Source: Escherichia coli
GTDB lineage: Bacteria > Pseudomonadota > Gammaproteobacteria > Enterobacterales > Enterobacteriaceae
Strand: one strand, 5' to 3'
DNA length: 64,000 bases
Assembly (NCBI RefSeq): GCF_030013205.1
Contig: NZ_CP122648.1
Shown here: positions 12,539 through 21,757 of the stretch, in pieces
How the letters are laid out: the number at the start of each line of letters is the position of its first letter
Numbering within the stretch: the stretch's first letter is position 1
Position numbers and translations under genes: made by a program
The notes under the pieces: generated by a model
Seen by the model: only the letters and a program-made list of their open reading frames with translations
What the model was told of the DNA's origin: nothing
Databases searched by the model: none

Positions 12539-14733
12539 AATTTGATAAACCCGCAGGGGAAAACCCGATCGATCAGCTGAAGGTTGTCGGTCGTCCCCAT
12601 GACCGCATCGACGGACCGCTGAAAACTACCGGCACGGCACGCTACGCCTACGAATGGCATGAAGAAGCCCCCAACGCCGCCTATGGCTATATCGTCGGTT
12701 CCGCCATTGCCAAAGGACGCCTCACCGCCCTCGATACGGACGCCGCGCAAAAAGCGCCGGGCGTACTGGCTGTCATTACCGCCAGTAACGCCGGGGTGCT
12801 CGGCAAAGGCGACAAAAACACCGCCAGGCTGTTAGGCGGCCCCACTATTGAGCACTATCATCAGGCCATTGCGCTGGTAGTGGCCGAGACCTTCGAACAG
12901 GCGCGAGCGGCGGCCTCGCTGGTGCAGGCGCACTATCGCCGTAATAAAGGAGCTTACTCCCTGGCGGACGAGAAACAGGCCGTCAGTCAGCCGCCGGAAG
13001 ACACGCCCGATAAAAATGTTGGTGACTTTGACGGGGCTTTCACCTCCGCTGCGGTGAAGATTGATGCTACCTACACGACCCCGGACCAGAGCCATATGGC
13101 GATGGAGCCGCATGCCTCGATGGCCGTCTGGGATGGAAATAAGCTTACCCTCTGGACCTCAAATCAGATGATTGACTGGTGCCGCACCGATCTGGCAAAA
13201 ACGCTGAAAGTGCCCGTGGAGAATGTGCGTATTATCTCCCCGTATATCGGTGGAGGGTTTGGCGGCAAGCTGTTCCTGAGAAGCGATGCGCTGCTGGCGG
13301 CCCTCGCCGCCCGTGCGGTGAAACGTCCGGTTAAAGTGATGCTCCCCCGCCCCACTATTCCCAATAACACCACGCACCGCCCCGCCACCCTTCAGCACTT
13401 GCGTATCGGTACTGACCAGAGCGGGAAAATCACCGCTATCTCACATGAAAGCTGGTCCGGAAACCTGCCCGGTGGCACGCCGGAAACGGCGGTACAGCAA
13501 AGCGAATTACTCTACGCAGGGGCAAACCGTCATACAGGCCTGCGGCTCGCCACGCTTGATTTGCCGGAAGGGAACGCCATGCGTGCGCCCGGCGAAGCCC
13601 CCGGTCTGATGGCGCTCGAAATCGCGATCGACGAACTGGCGGAAAAAGCGGGCATCGATCCCGTCGAGTTTCGCATCCTGAATGACACTCAGGTTGACCC
13701 CGCCGACCCGACGCGCCGCTTCTCTCGCCGTCAGCTTATCGAGTGCTTGCGCACCGGAGCGGATAAATTTGGCTGGAAGCAGCGCAACGCCACACCCGGA
13801 CAGGTACGCGACGGGGAGTGGCTAGTCGGCCACGGTGTTGCGGCGGGCTTTCGCAATAATCTGCTGGAAAAATCGGGTGCGCGGGTTCACCTAGAACAAA
13901 ACGGCACCGTTACCGTGGAAACGGACATGACCGATATTGGCACTGGCAGCTACACCATTCTGGCCCAGACGGCAGCGGAAATGCTTGGCGTACCGCTGGA
14001 GCAGGTTGCGGTTCACCTCGGCGATTCCAGTTTCCCGGTTTCTGCGGGTTCTGGTGGACAATGGGGCGCGAATACCTCCACCTCCGGCGTTTACGCCGCC
14101 TGTGTGAAGCTTCGCGAAATGATTGCCTCGGCAGTCGGGTTTGATCCTGAGCAGTCGCAGTTTGCCGACGGTAAGATTACCAACGGTACCCGAAGCGCCA
14201 TGCTACATGAGGCCACCGCAGGCGGCAGACTGACAGCGGAAGAGAGCATTGAATTCGGAACACTGAGCAAGGAGTACCAGCAGTCGACCTTTGCCGGGCA
14301 TTTTGTGGAGGTCGGCGTGCATAGCGCGACGGGAGAAGTTCGGGTCCGGCGTATGCTCGCTGTGTGTGCTGCAGGACGCATCCTGAATCCGAAAACTGCA
14401 CGCAGCCAGGTCATTGGCGCGATGACTATGGGCATGGGCGCGGCACTGATGGAGGAGCTGGCGGTAGATGACCGTTTGGGCTACTTCGTTAATCACGATA
14501 TGGCGGGGTATGAGGTGCCGGTTCATGCGGATATCCCAAAACAGGAGGTGATTTTCCTGGATGATACCGACCCCATCTCCTCCCCGATGAAGGCCAAAGG
14601 TGTCGGTGAGCTGGGCCTGTGCGGCGTGAGCGCGGCTATCGCCAACGCGGTGTATAACGCCACCGGTATTCGGGTACGGGATTATCCCATCACTCTGGAT
14701 AAGCTGCTCGATAAGCTGCCGGATGTGGTTTAA
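12535..14733 (+). CDS. paoC: Aldehyde oxidoreductase molybdopterin subunit PaoC
   Basis: 732 aa; xanthine-dehydrogenase-family molybdopterin subunit; operon position. Confidence 0.93.
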
Positions 14734-14742
14734 GGAGGAACA

Positions 14743-15696
14743 ATGTCATACCCACTTTTTGACAAAGACGAGCACTGGCATAAGCCAGAGCAGGCGTTTC
14801 TCACCGATGACCACCGGGCCATTCTGCGCTTCGCCGTAGAGGCGCTAATGTCCGGTAAAGGAGCGGTGCTGGTGACGCTGGTGGAGATACGCGGCGGCGC
14901 GGCGCGCCCGCTCGGAGCACAGATGGTAGTGCGCGAAGATGGTCGTTACTGCGGTTTTGTCTCTGGCGGCTGCGTGGAGGCCGCTGCCGCTTTTGAAGCG
15001 CTGGAGGTGATGGGCTCAGGCTGCGATCGCGAAATTCGCTATGGCGAAGGTTCGCCGTGGTTTGACATCGTTCTGCCCTGCGGCGGTGGGATCACGCTGA
15101 CGCTCCATAAACTACGCTCGGCACAGCCTCTGCTCGCCGTGCTGAACCGCCTGGAACAGAGAAAACCGTCGGGTCTGCGCTACGATCCGCAAGCTCAATC
15201 GCTGGTGTGCCTGCCCACGCAAACCCGGACGGGCTGGAATCTCAATGGCTTTGAGGTGGGGTTCAGGCCATGCGTCAGGCTGATGATTTACGGACGTTCT
15301 CTTGAGGCGCAGGCAACCGCGAGTCTTGCAGCAGCCACAGGATATGACAGCCATATCTTCGATCTTTTTCCGGCCTCAGCCAGCGCTCAGATCGATACCG
15401 ATACGGCGGTCATTTTGCTGTGCCATGATCTCAACCGGGAGCTGCCAGTGTTGCAGGCCGCGCGAGAAGCAAAACCCTTTTATCTCGGCGCATTGGGCAG
15501 CTATCGAACCCACACTTTACGTCTGCAAAAGCTCCACGAGCTGGGATGGTCCAGGGAGGAGACAGAGCAAATCCGGGCACCTGTCGGGATATTCCCCAAA
15601 GCCCGGGATGCGCATACTCTGGCCCTTTCCGTACTGGCAGAAGTCGCCGCTGTACGTCTCCGTCAGGAGGATTCATGCCTGCCCCCATCGTCCTGA
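14743..15696 (+). CDS. paoD: Moco insertion chaperone PaoD (XdhC-like)
   Basis: 317 aa; XdhC-like; operon position. Confidence 0.9.
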   Translation: MSYPLFDKDEHWHKPEQAFLTDDHRAILRFAVEALMSGKGAVLVTLVEIRGGAARPLGAQMVVREDGRYCGFVSGGCVEAAAAFEALEVMGSGCDREIRYGEGSPWFDIVLPCGGGITLTLHKLRSAQPLLAVLNRLEQRKPSGLRYDPQAQSLVCLPTQTRTGWNLNGFEVGFRPCVRLMIYGRSLEAQATASLAAATGYDSHIFDLFPASASAQIDTDTAVILLCHDLNRELPVLQAAREAKPFYLGALGSYRTHTLRLQKLHELGWSREETEQIRAPVGIFPKARDAHTLALSVLAEVAAVRLRQEDSCLPPSS

Positions 15697-15782
15697 TCCT
15701 CGCGGCGGGGCGTGGGGAGCGCTTCCTCACCTCCGGGGGAAATACCCATAAATTAAGAGAAAAATCTGCAGTAGCCGTTTAA
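15675..15782 (+). pseudogene. 35-codon remnant of a MobA/MocA-like molybdenum-cofactor nucleotidyltransferase
   Basis: Strong SD (AGGAGG at 15665..15670) then ATG; MPAPIVLILAAGRGERF... matches the N-terminal motif of MobA-like NTP-transferases, then stops after 35 codons. Confidence 0.4.
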
Positions 15783-15810
15783 GAAAATCACCTAAATCGT
15801 TTAAAAGAGC

Positions 15811-15832
15811 GCCCAACCCATAGTGGGCGCTT
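15811..15832 (-). terminator. Terminator hairpin downstream of the MFS gene
   Basis: gcgcccaac-ccat-agtgggcgc hairpin; on the minus strand it is followed by TCTTTT. Confidence 0.45.
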
Positions 15833-15874
15833 ATCGCCTTGTGTAACTTATTCAGCAACGCGCGCCTCGCCGGA

Positions 15875-17068
15875 CTAAAGCGCACCGGCCTTCTGGCGTG
15901 CGGTAACAAAGGTCAGTACGCCAGCGCAAAGGAGCAGCACGCTACTCATAGCAAACGTGCTCTGCCAGCCAAGGCGGTCAAACACAATGCCTCCTGCCGT
16001 TGATCCAAGGGCGATGGCGAGCTGAATCACCGCGACCATGAGCCCGCCTCCAGCTTCGGCGTTGTCAGGCAACGTACGCGCAATCCATGTCCACCATCCG
16101 GTTGGCGCGGCGGTGGCCAGCATGCCCCAGAGTCCTAACAGCAGCGAGACCGTCCAGACGTGATGCCCGGTAAGCATCAGACCGATGGCAATGACGGCCA
16201 TCAGTCCGGGTATGGCCATCAGCGTGGGGTAGAATTTTCTGTTGAGAAATGCCGAAACAACCAGCGTGCCAATAAAACCGGCCACGCCGATAATCAGCAA
16301 AATCGACGACAAGCCTAAGGAATTAACCCGTGTCACCGACTCCAGAAACGGGCGCACATAGGTGAATAGTGCAAACTGCCCCATGAAAAACAGGCCACAA
16401 GCTATCATGCCGACCACAACCATGCGGCGGCTAAATAAGCGGAATACCGCGCCACATGAAGTGTGGCTTTTATTCGCATCCATGCTTGGCAGGCTGATGC
16501 ACTGCCAGATAAAGGCGACAACCGCGATGGGCACCAGGCACAAGAAAGCGCCTCGCCATCCGACCGTAGCCCCCAGATAGCTTCCCAGCGGTGCGGCCAC
16601 GACCGTCGCCAGCGCATTACCGGCGTTGAAAATTGCCAGCGCACGCGTGACCTGATGCTGCGGCACCAGACGAATCGCCGTTGCCGCTGACATCGACCAG
16701 AATCCGCCAATAGCCACACCAATCATCGCACGACCGACCATATACATCAGATAACTGGAAGCCAGCGCAATAATAAGCCCCGATACGGCCATCAGAACCG
16801 TCATCCCCAGCAGCAGGAACTTACGATTCATCTTTCCAGCTAGCGTTGAAAGCGTCAGGCTGGTCAGAACCGCCAGCGCGCCGGAGATAGCAATCCCCTG
16901 CCCTGCCAGCCCCTCCGTCACGCCTAAATCGCGGGTAATCGGCGTGAGCAGGCTGACGGGCATAAATTCAGAAGCAATCAGCACAAACACGCACAGGGTC
17001 ATGGCAAAAATACCGCCCCAGTATGCGCGCTGATGATGAGGTGATAGTGTTTGGCTTAGTGTCGACAT
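15875..17068 (-). CDS. MFS transporter (12-TM, drug/sugar efflux-like)
   Basis: 397 aa, hydrophobic throughout with MFS-like loop motifs. Confidence 0.85.
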   Translation of the reverse strand: MSTLSQTLSPHHQRAYWGGIFAMTLCVFVLIASEFMPVSLLTPITRDLGVTEGLAGQGIAISGALAVLTSLTLSTLAGKMNRKFLLLGMTVLMAVSGLIIALASSYLMYMVGRAMIGVAIGGFWSMSAATAIRLVPQHQVTRALAIFNAGNALATVVAAPLGSYLGATVGWRGAFLCLVPIAVVAFIWQCISLPSMDANKSHTSCGAVFRLFSRRMVVVGMIACGLFFMGQFALFTYVRPFLESVTRVNSLGLSSILLIIGVAGFIGTLVVSAFLNRKFYPTLMAIPGLMAVIAIGLMLTGHHVWTVSLLLGLWGMLATAAPTGWWTWIARTLPDNAEAGGGLMVAVIQLAIALGSTAGGIVFDRLGWQSTFAMSSVLLLCAGVLTFVTARQKAGAL

Positions 17069-17143
17069 AGTGAAATTTCACAAAGATCAGGATAAAAGCC
17101 ACCAGCCTATGGCCGGTGGCTTTGCATCAATTCAGGAGAGGTT

Positions 17144-18301
17144 TTATTTCAGTTTGGTCTGGAAAAATTGTTCGAACTTCGCGAAAGGTATTTTTCCGGC
17201 CACGTTATCGTACAGGTCCACGTGATTTGCCCCTGGTACCACCACCAGCTCTTTGTCTTTACTGCCAACCGCCTTGTAAGCATCTTCAGCAAAATAGCGT
17301 GAATGCGCTTTCTCACCGGTCACAATCAGCGTCGGGATGGTGATTTCACTGGCGTAGCTCAACAGCGGCATATTCATAAATGACAGCGGCATCGTTGCCG
17401 TCCACGCCCCGGTAGAGTTAACGGAACGTTCGTGGAAGCCGCGCGGCATGCGATAGTAGTCAAAGAACTCTTTCAGTACCGGATGAGGATTTGCCGGCAG
17501 CGTTTCTGGCAGAATACGATCGCCCGCACTGACCTTGCCGTTGCTGTCGACATTAATATCATGACCACCATGAGCGAACGTTCCGCTCTGCGCATCCTTC
17601 CAGCGCTGTTCATTCAGATATTGCAGAACAGCACGACGGTCGGCGGTAGAATAACGGTCTTTGCCATCCCCCACACCATGGCCCATCGCCCGGCTCATGT
17701 CATACATCACGCTGGTAGCTACCGCTTTAACGCGGGTATCCATCGCCGCGTCGTTTAGCGCCATGCCGCCCCAGCCACAAATACCGAGCAGCCCGATACG
17801 GTTGCGATCTACCTCTTTTTGCAGCCCTAAGAAATCCACCGCCGCGCTGAAATCTTCAGTGTTGATATCCGGTGAGGCGACGTTTCGCGGATAGCCGCCG
17901 CTTTCCCCGGTGTAAGAAGGATCGAACGCCAGGGTAACAAACCCTCGTTCCGCCAGCGTCTGCGCATACAAGCCGCTGGATTGCTCTTTCACCGCGCCAA
18001 ATGGCCCACTGACCGCAATCGCCGCCAGCTTGCGATCGCCACGGTCTTTAGGCAGGTAAAGATCGCCCACTAAGGTGATGCCATATCGGTTCGGGAACGA
18101 GACTTTACGGTGATCGACTTTCTGGCTCTCGGCGAACGTTTTATCCCATTTATCTGTCATGGACACAGGGGCATTAGGATTGGTTGAATCAGCATAACTC
18201 ATTGTCGTGACTCCACTTAATGATGCGAAAAGCAGCATGGTCGGCATCGCGGTTTTTAGCGTGCGGGTGAAGGCTTTCATAAAAATCCCCATAAAAAACA
18301 A
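17144..18301 (-). CDS. Secreted alpha/beta hydrolase (dienelactone-hydrolase-like)
   Basis: 385 aa; N-terminal signal peptide; true start may be the internal MKAFTRTL (18280). Confidence 0.75.
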   Translation of the reverse strand: MFFMGIFMKAFTRTLKTAMPTMLLFASLSGVTTMSYADSTNPNAPVSMTDKWDKTFAESQKVDHRKVSFPNRYGITLVGDLYLPKDRGDRKLAAIAVSGPFGAVKEQSSGLYAQTLAERGFVTLAFDPSYTGESGGYPRNVASPDINTEDFSAAVDFLGLQKEVDRNRIGLLGICGWGGMALNDAAMDTRVKAVATSVMYDMSRAMGHGVGDGKDRYSTADRRAVLQYLNEQRWKDAQSGTFAHGGHDINVDSNGKVSAGDRILPETLPANPHPVLKEFFDYYRMPRGFHERSVNSTGAWTATMPLSFMNMPLLSYASEITIPTLIVTGEKAHSRYFAEDAYKAVGSKDKELVVVPGANHVDLYDNVAGKIPFAKFEQFFQTKLK

Positions 18302-18466
18302 CAGAGAGATACAGGTTTCCGACGGACAACGCTGCGGTGCTTTACTTTGATGGGGTCATTATAGTGAGCAGAATTAGTGCTGATTAGGGGGCGATTAATG
18401 CTAAGATTAATACCATATTGTTATAAATTAATGCGGAGATTGCCGGCATGAAGGGGGGATGTTTCA

Positions 18467-19351
18467 ATGGCGAAAAGGGAGAACTACAACGAGCTGTACC
18501 TGTTTATGCAGGTGGTGCGGGAAGGCAGCTTTACCGCAGCGGCTCAGCGGCTGGGTCTTGCTCAGTCAGGAGTCAGCCGTTCTGTTCGCGAGCTTGAAGA
18601 AAGGCTGGGCGTCCAGCTGCTAGTGCGCACCACGCGTAAACTGTCGCTGACACAAGCAGGCGAGCAGCTCTACCAGAAGACGGCATCTGGATTTGAAATG
18701 TTAGATCTTGGGCTTGCCACGCTGGCGCACTATCGAGAGACGCCCTCCGGCACGGTGCGTATCAATGCCAGCCAGCACGCGATTGATAAATGCCTGCTGC
18801 CAAAGCTGGCGGTATTTAAACAGAGATATCCTGATATCCGGCTTGAACTGATAAATGAGAGCCGGTTCGTCGATATCATCGAGGAAAGATTCGATGCAGG
18901 TGTCCGCCTGGGGCCTGAAGTCGGCCAGGGTATGGTCGCGGTACGCATCACGCCCGATATGGAGATGGCAATTGTGGGGACTCCGGAACATTTTCGTCGC
19001 TATGGTTTTCCGCAAACCCCGGCGGATTTAAAGGCGCATCCCTGTATCGCCTATCAGTTTGCCGACGGCAGCGTATACCAGTGGGAACTCAATCAGGATG
19101 ATAAAAAAATCACTCATCGCCCTGAAGGGCAATGGGCCCTATCCGACAGCTATATGGAAGCAGAAGCCGCCCGGCTGGGCCTCGGATTGGCCTATGTTCC
19201 TGTTGAACTGGTCGCGGATGATTTAGAACACGGTAAGCTTATCAGGGTGTTGCAGCGTTACAGCCTGCGAATGGAGGGATTGTTTCTCTATTACCCTCAT
19301 CGCAACGTCTCCCCCGCCCTGCGGATGGTCATTGATACATTGAAAATCTGA
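18467..19351 (+). CDS. LysR-family transcriptional regulator
   Basis: 294 aa; N-terminal wHTH (FTAAAQRLGLAQSGVSRSVRELEERLGVQLL); divergent from the hydrolase/MFS genes. Confidence 0.9.
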   Translation: MAKRENYNELYLFMQVVREGSFTAAAQRLGLAQSGVSRSVRELEERLGVQLLVRTTRKLSLTQAGEQLYQKTASGFEMLDLGLATLAHYRETPSGTVRINASQHAIDKCLLPKLAVFKQRYPDIRLELINESRFVDIIEERFDAGVRLGPEVGQGMVAVRITPDMEMAIVGTPEHFRRYGFPQTPADLKAHPCIAYQFADGSVYQWELNQDDKKITHRPEGQWALSDSYMEAEAARLGLGLAYVPVELVADDLEHGKLIRVLQRYSLRMEGLFLYYPHRNVSPALRMVIDTLKI

Positions 19352-19558
19352 ACGTTAACAACGACCGACTCTTTACTGTGCAATATTGTGTCAGGTAGTC
19401 CCTCTGCGTTCAATTCCAGGGTCTGCTTTGAGCGAGAAAGAGAGGACTATCCAGCAATGGAGATCACCCAAAAGAAAAAACCACCTGGCTCCCTCGACAA
19501 CCTTCATCCGGGCATTGAGCCTCAATCAACATTTTTATATCTGTCAGGTTACTTCATT

Positions 19559-19797
19559 ATGAAAACTGATCATCATCGTTGTTTTTGTTGCAATAGTAGA
19601 ATACGCGTATTTATTCCTCCATCTCTATTAATAACGGCAATAAACTGTTCACTTCACTGATATTTAAAATATGTATCCTTTTCAAGCTGTTCAGCGGCGT
19701 AAGAAAAAGTATTGATTATGAATTCGACGATTTAACCATTTCTGGCTGATTGGTAATCATCTGTGATTAATGCTGGTCTATTGATTACGCCAGCACC
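19559..19797 (+). repeat. Degenerate paralogous copy of ykgR fused directly to the ykgO 3' end and downstream inverted repeat (no ykgM)
   Basis: 19575..19678 is about 92% identical to 297..400 (8 mismatches in 104 nt); 19679..19795 is about 75-80% identical to 1075..1192; the ykgR-like start carries a 29-nt deletion. Confidence 0.6.
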
Positions 19798-20705
19798 CTC
19801 TCTAGCTTATTCACCGCCGCCACATACTTCGCCGGATTTTTATCTTTCAGCACCGCCAGATTACGTTGCTTCCAGCGAATAGCCGGAAGATGCTGAATTT
19901 CAGGATAGCGATACCGCGACCAGTCAGGGCTGTTTTGCTTAAAACTGAGCAAGAACTCGCGATCCAGATCCGTAAGATGTGACTTCAACGCCTGCGGCAG
20001 CAAAGTCGTTACTGACAGCAGCGATTCCAGCGACGTTTCCTGCTGAGTCATCCCCGAAAATTCCTGAGCATACAGCGTCGTGATCCGCTCTATATCCCAG
20101 TTTGGGGCCAGCAACTCGGCAATGGGGCGGGGATGGCCTGCCAGATAACAAAGAAAACCGTCAAAGATCTCCCGCATCAGTCCCGGTTTCTCCAGCATAT
20201 TCAGCACATCAAACAGATCGCGCGGGTGCTGACGATCAAGCGCTGCGCAGATTTTACCGCCATAAAGATCCGCCAGCGAGACGACACTCATGGTGGTGAA
20301 GCCATACTCCATTTCCACACGTTCGCACACAGGCATTTCTGCCGGAGGCAACAACAGCCCGCGCCAGACCGGGCTAACCTCGATCTTAATCTTTGCATCA
20401 GCGGTATTCACAATGATGCGCTTTTCATCCGCTTTATTTTCCTGCCGAATCGCGGTGATCCCCGGTCTGCCGTTCAGCGATGCAGTAATCCTCTTCAAAG
20501 CGTCGTTGATAGCCGCCAGATCAGTATCGCGATCCGCAAAGCTCTTATACGCCAGATCAATATCCACCGACAGACGGGGAAAATCCTGCACAAACAAATT
20601 GATTGCCGTGCCGCCTTTCAACGCGAAACAGGACTCCTTCGCCACATGCGGCAGAGCAGCCATCAACAGCTTAACCTGCCGGGCATAACTATCACGCAGA
20701 TCCAT
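19785..20705 (-). CDS. abiEii: AbiEii/AbiGii-family nucleotidyltransferase toxin (type IV TA / abortive infection)
   Basis: 306 aa; N-terminal NTase motif (ALKGGTAINLF...LSVDIDL); overlaps and follows the AbiEi gene. Confidence 0.82.
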   Translation of the reverse strand: MDLRDSYARQVKLLMAALPHVAKESCFALKGGTAINLFVQDFPRLSVDIDLAYKSFADRDTDLAAINDALKRITASLNGRPGITAIRQENKADEKRIIVNTADAKIKIEVSPVWRGLLLPPAEMPVCERVEMEYGFTTMSVVSLADLYGGKICAALDRQHPRDLFDVLNMLEKPGLMREIFDGFLCYLAGHPRPIAELLAPNWDIERITTLYAQEFSGMTQQETSLESLLSVTTLLPQALKSHLTDLDREFLLSFKQNSPDWSRYRYPEIQHLPAIRWKQRNLAVLKDKNPAKYVAAVNKLERVLA

Positions 20706-21495
20706 CTTCGACTCCTTCCGGTTTAAATGCGCGTGGAACAGTAATTTGATAATCCGGCTCCAGCCAGCCGCCGGGTATGATTTGCCGCTTTCCCGTACCT
20801 GTTTCTATACCGCTTTGATCAATATACTGAAAATAAGGGTGTCCATTACGCCGGGCAAGGTAAAGCATCACCCGGTTGGTTTTAACCGAATGACTGGCGC
20901 GAAGCAGTGCCTGCAATTTGCGTGGGCTGAGAAGATTCAACCCCTGAAACAGAGCATCGGCATGTTCGAACGAGATCAACGAAGGAACGCCGCAGGCGAT
21001 CTCATACGCGGCCAGTTCCGGAACACTGCCTGCTAACTGGCAGTCGCCAATTTTTAGTTCCGTAGTCAATGACGTTACATCTACGGTAAGCCCCGATGTA
21101 TACAGCGTGATAAATGTTGCAGATTGTTCGAAGGCAGCAAACCATCCCGGCAGCTTAACGTAAGCCGGAAGCGCGAGCCAGACCTGCGGCCTGCCCGGTT
21201 CGGTATAGTGCGCATGGCCCTGTAGCGCAAGGCTGGTTAGCCCCGCCACCCGAACAGGCTTTTCCCACTGTGTTTGCAGGCAGTAAACCGCGTCTACCCA
21301 ATCCGGCTCACGGCCCGTCCGGCAGTACACGCCGTGAGCGATGCGCCTGAGCCAGCCATTTTGAACATAGAGATAAGAAAGCTTACGATCTACGCCGTTG
21401 CGGGTAAGCCATGACTGGAGCAGCACCTGACCGGGTAGCGTATTTTGCATCAACCAGTTTAGATAGTTTGGCAAATGTCGCTCCTGAATAGACAT
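20692..21495 (-). CDS. abiEi: AbiEi-family antitoxin/transcriptional regulator
   Basis: 267 aa; 14-nt overlap with the downstream NTase toxin gene, the typical AbiE bicistron. Confidence 0.78.
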   Translation of the reverse strand: MSIQERHLPNYLNWLMQNTLPGQVLLQSWLTRNGVDRKLSYLYVQNGWLRRIAHGVYCRTGREPDWVDAVYCLQTQWEKPVRVAGLTSLALQGHAHYTEPGRPQVWLALPAYVKLPGWFAAFEQSATFITLYTSGLTVDVTSLTTELKIGDCQLAGSVPELAAYEIACGVPSLISFEHADALFQGLNLLSPRKLQALLRASHSVKTNRVMLYLARRNGHPYFQYIDQSGIETGTGKRQIIPGGWLEPDYQITVPRAFKPEGVEDGSA

Positions 21496-21757
21496 TAGTA
21501 GAAATATTTAAACCAGTGTAGGTTCAGGGATACGCCACAGCAAGAAATAGTTTACTTATTCCTCATTTTGTCTACTTAAAATTGACATTGAGAAAAAAAT
21601 ACAAACTTACCTACATTCAGGCAAAGTGCGACAAATAGACTCGGTCGGTTTAAAGAGAACGTGTAACATAGATGCAAATCGAATAGACATTGTTGCCAGC
21701 CGTTCCAAGGTTGTGGGGCGCTGCATGGCCTGAGACGTGATAAATACAGGGAACACA

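Noticed and set aside
19388..19660. 90-aa ORF spanning the LysR-downstream spacer and the ykgR-like repeat
   Set aside because: It reads the frameshifted ykgR-like remnant in the wrong frame; no SD, no motifs; better explained as a decayed duplicate.
20133..20726. 197-aa ORF on the plus strand inside abiEii
   Set aside because: Antisense to a well-supported gene, Arg/His/Gln-rich with no motifs; typical shadow ORF.
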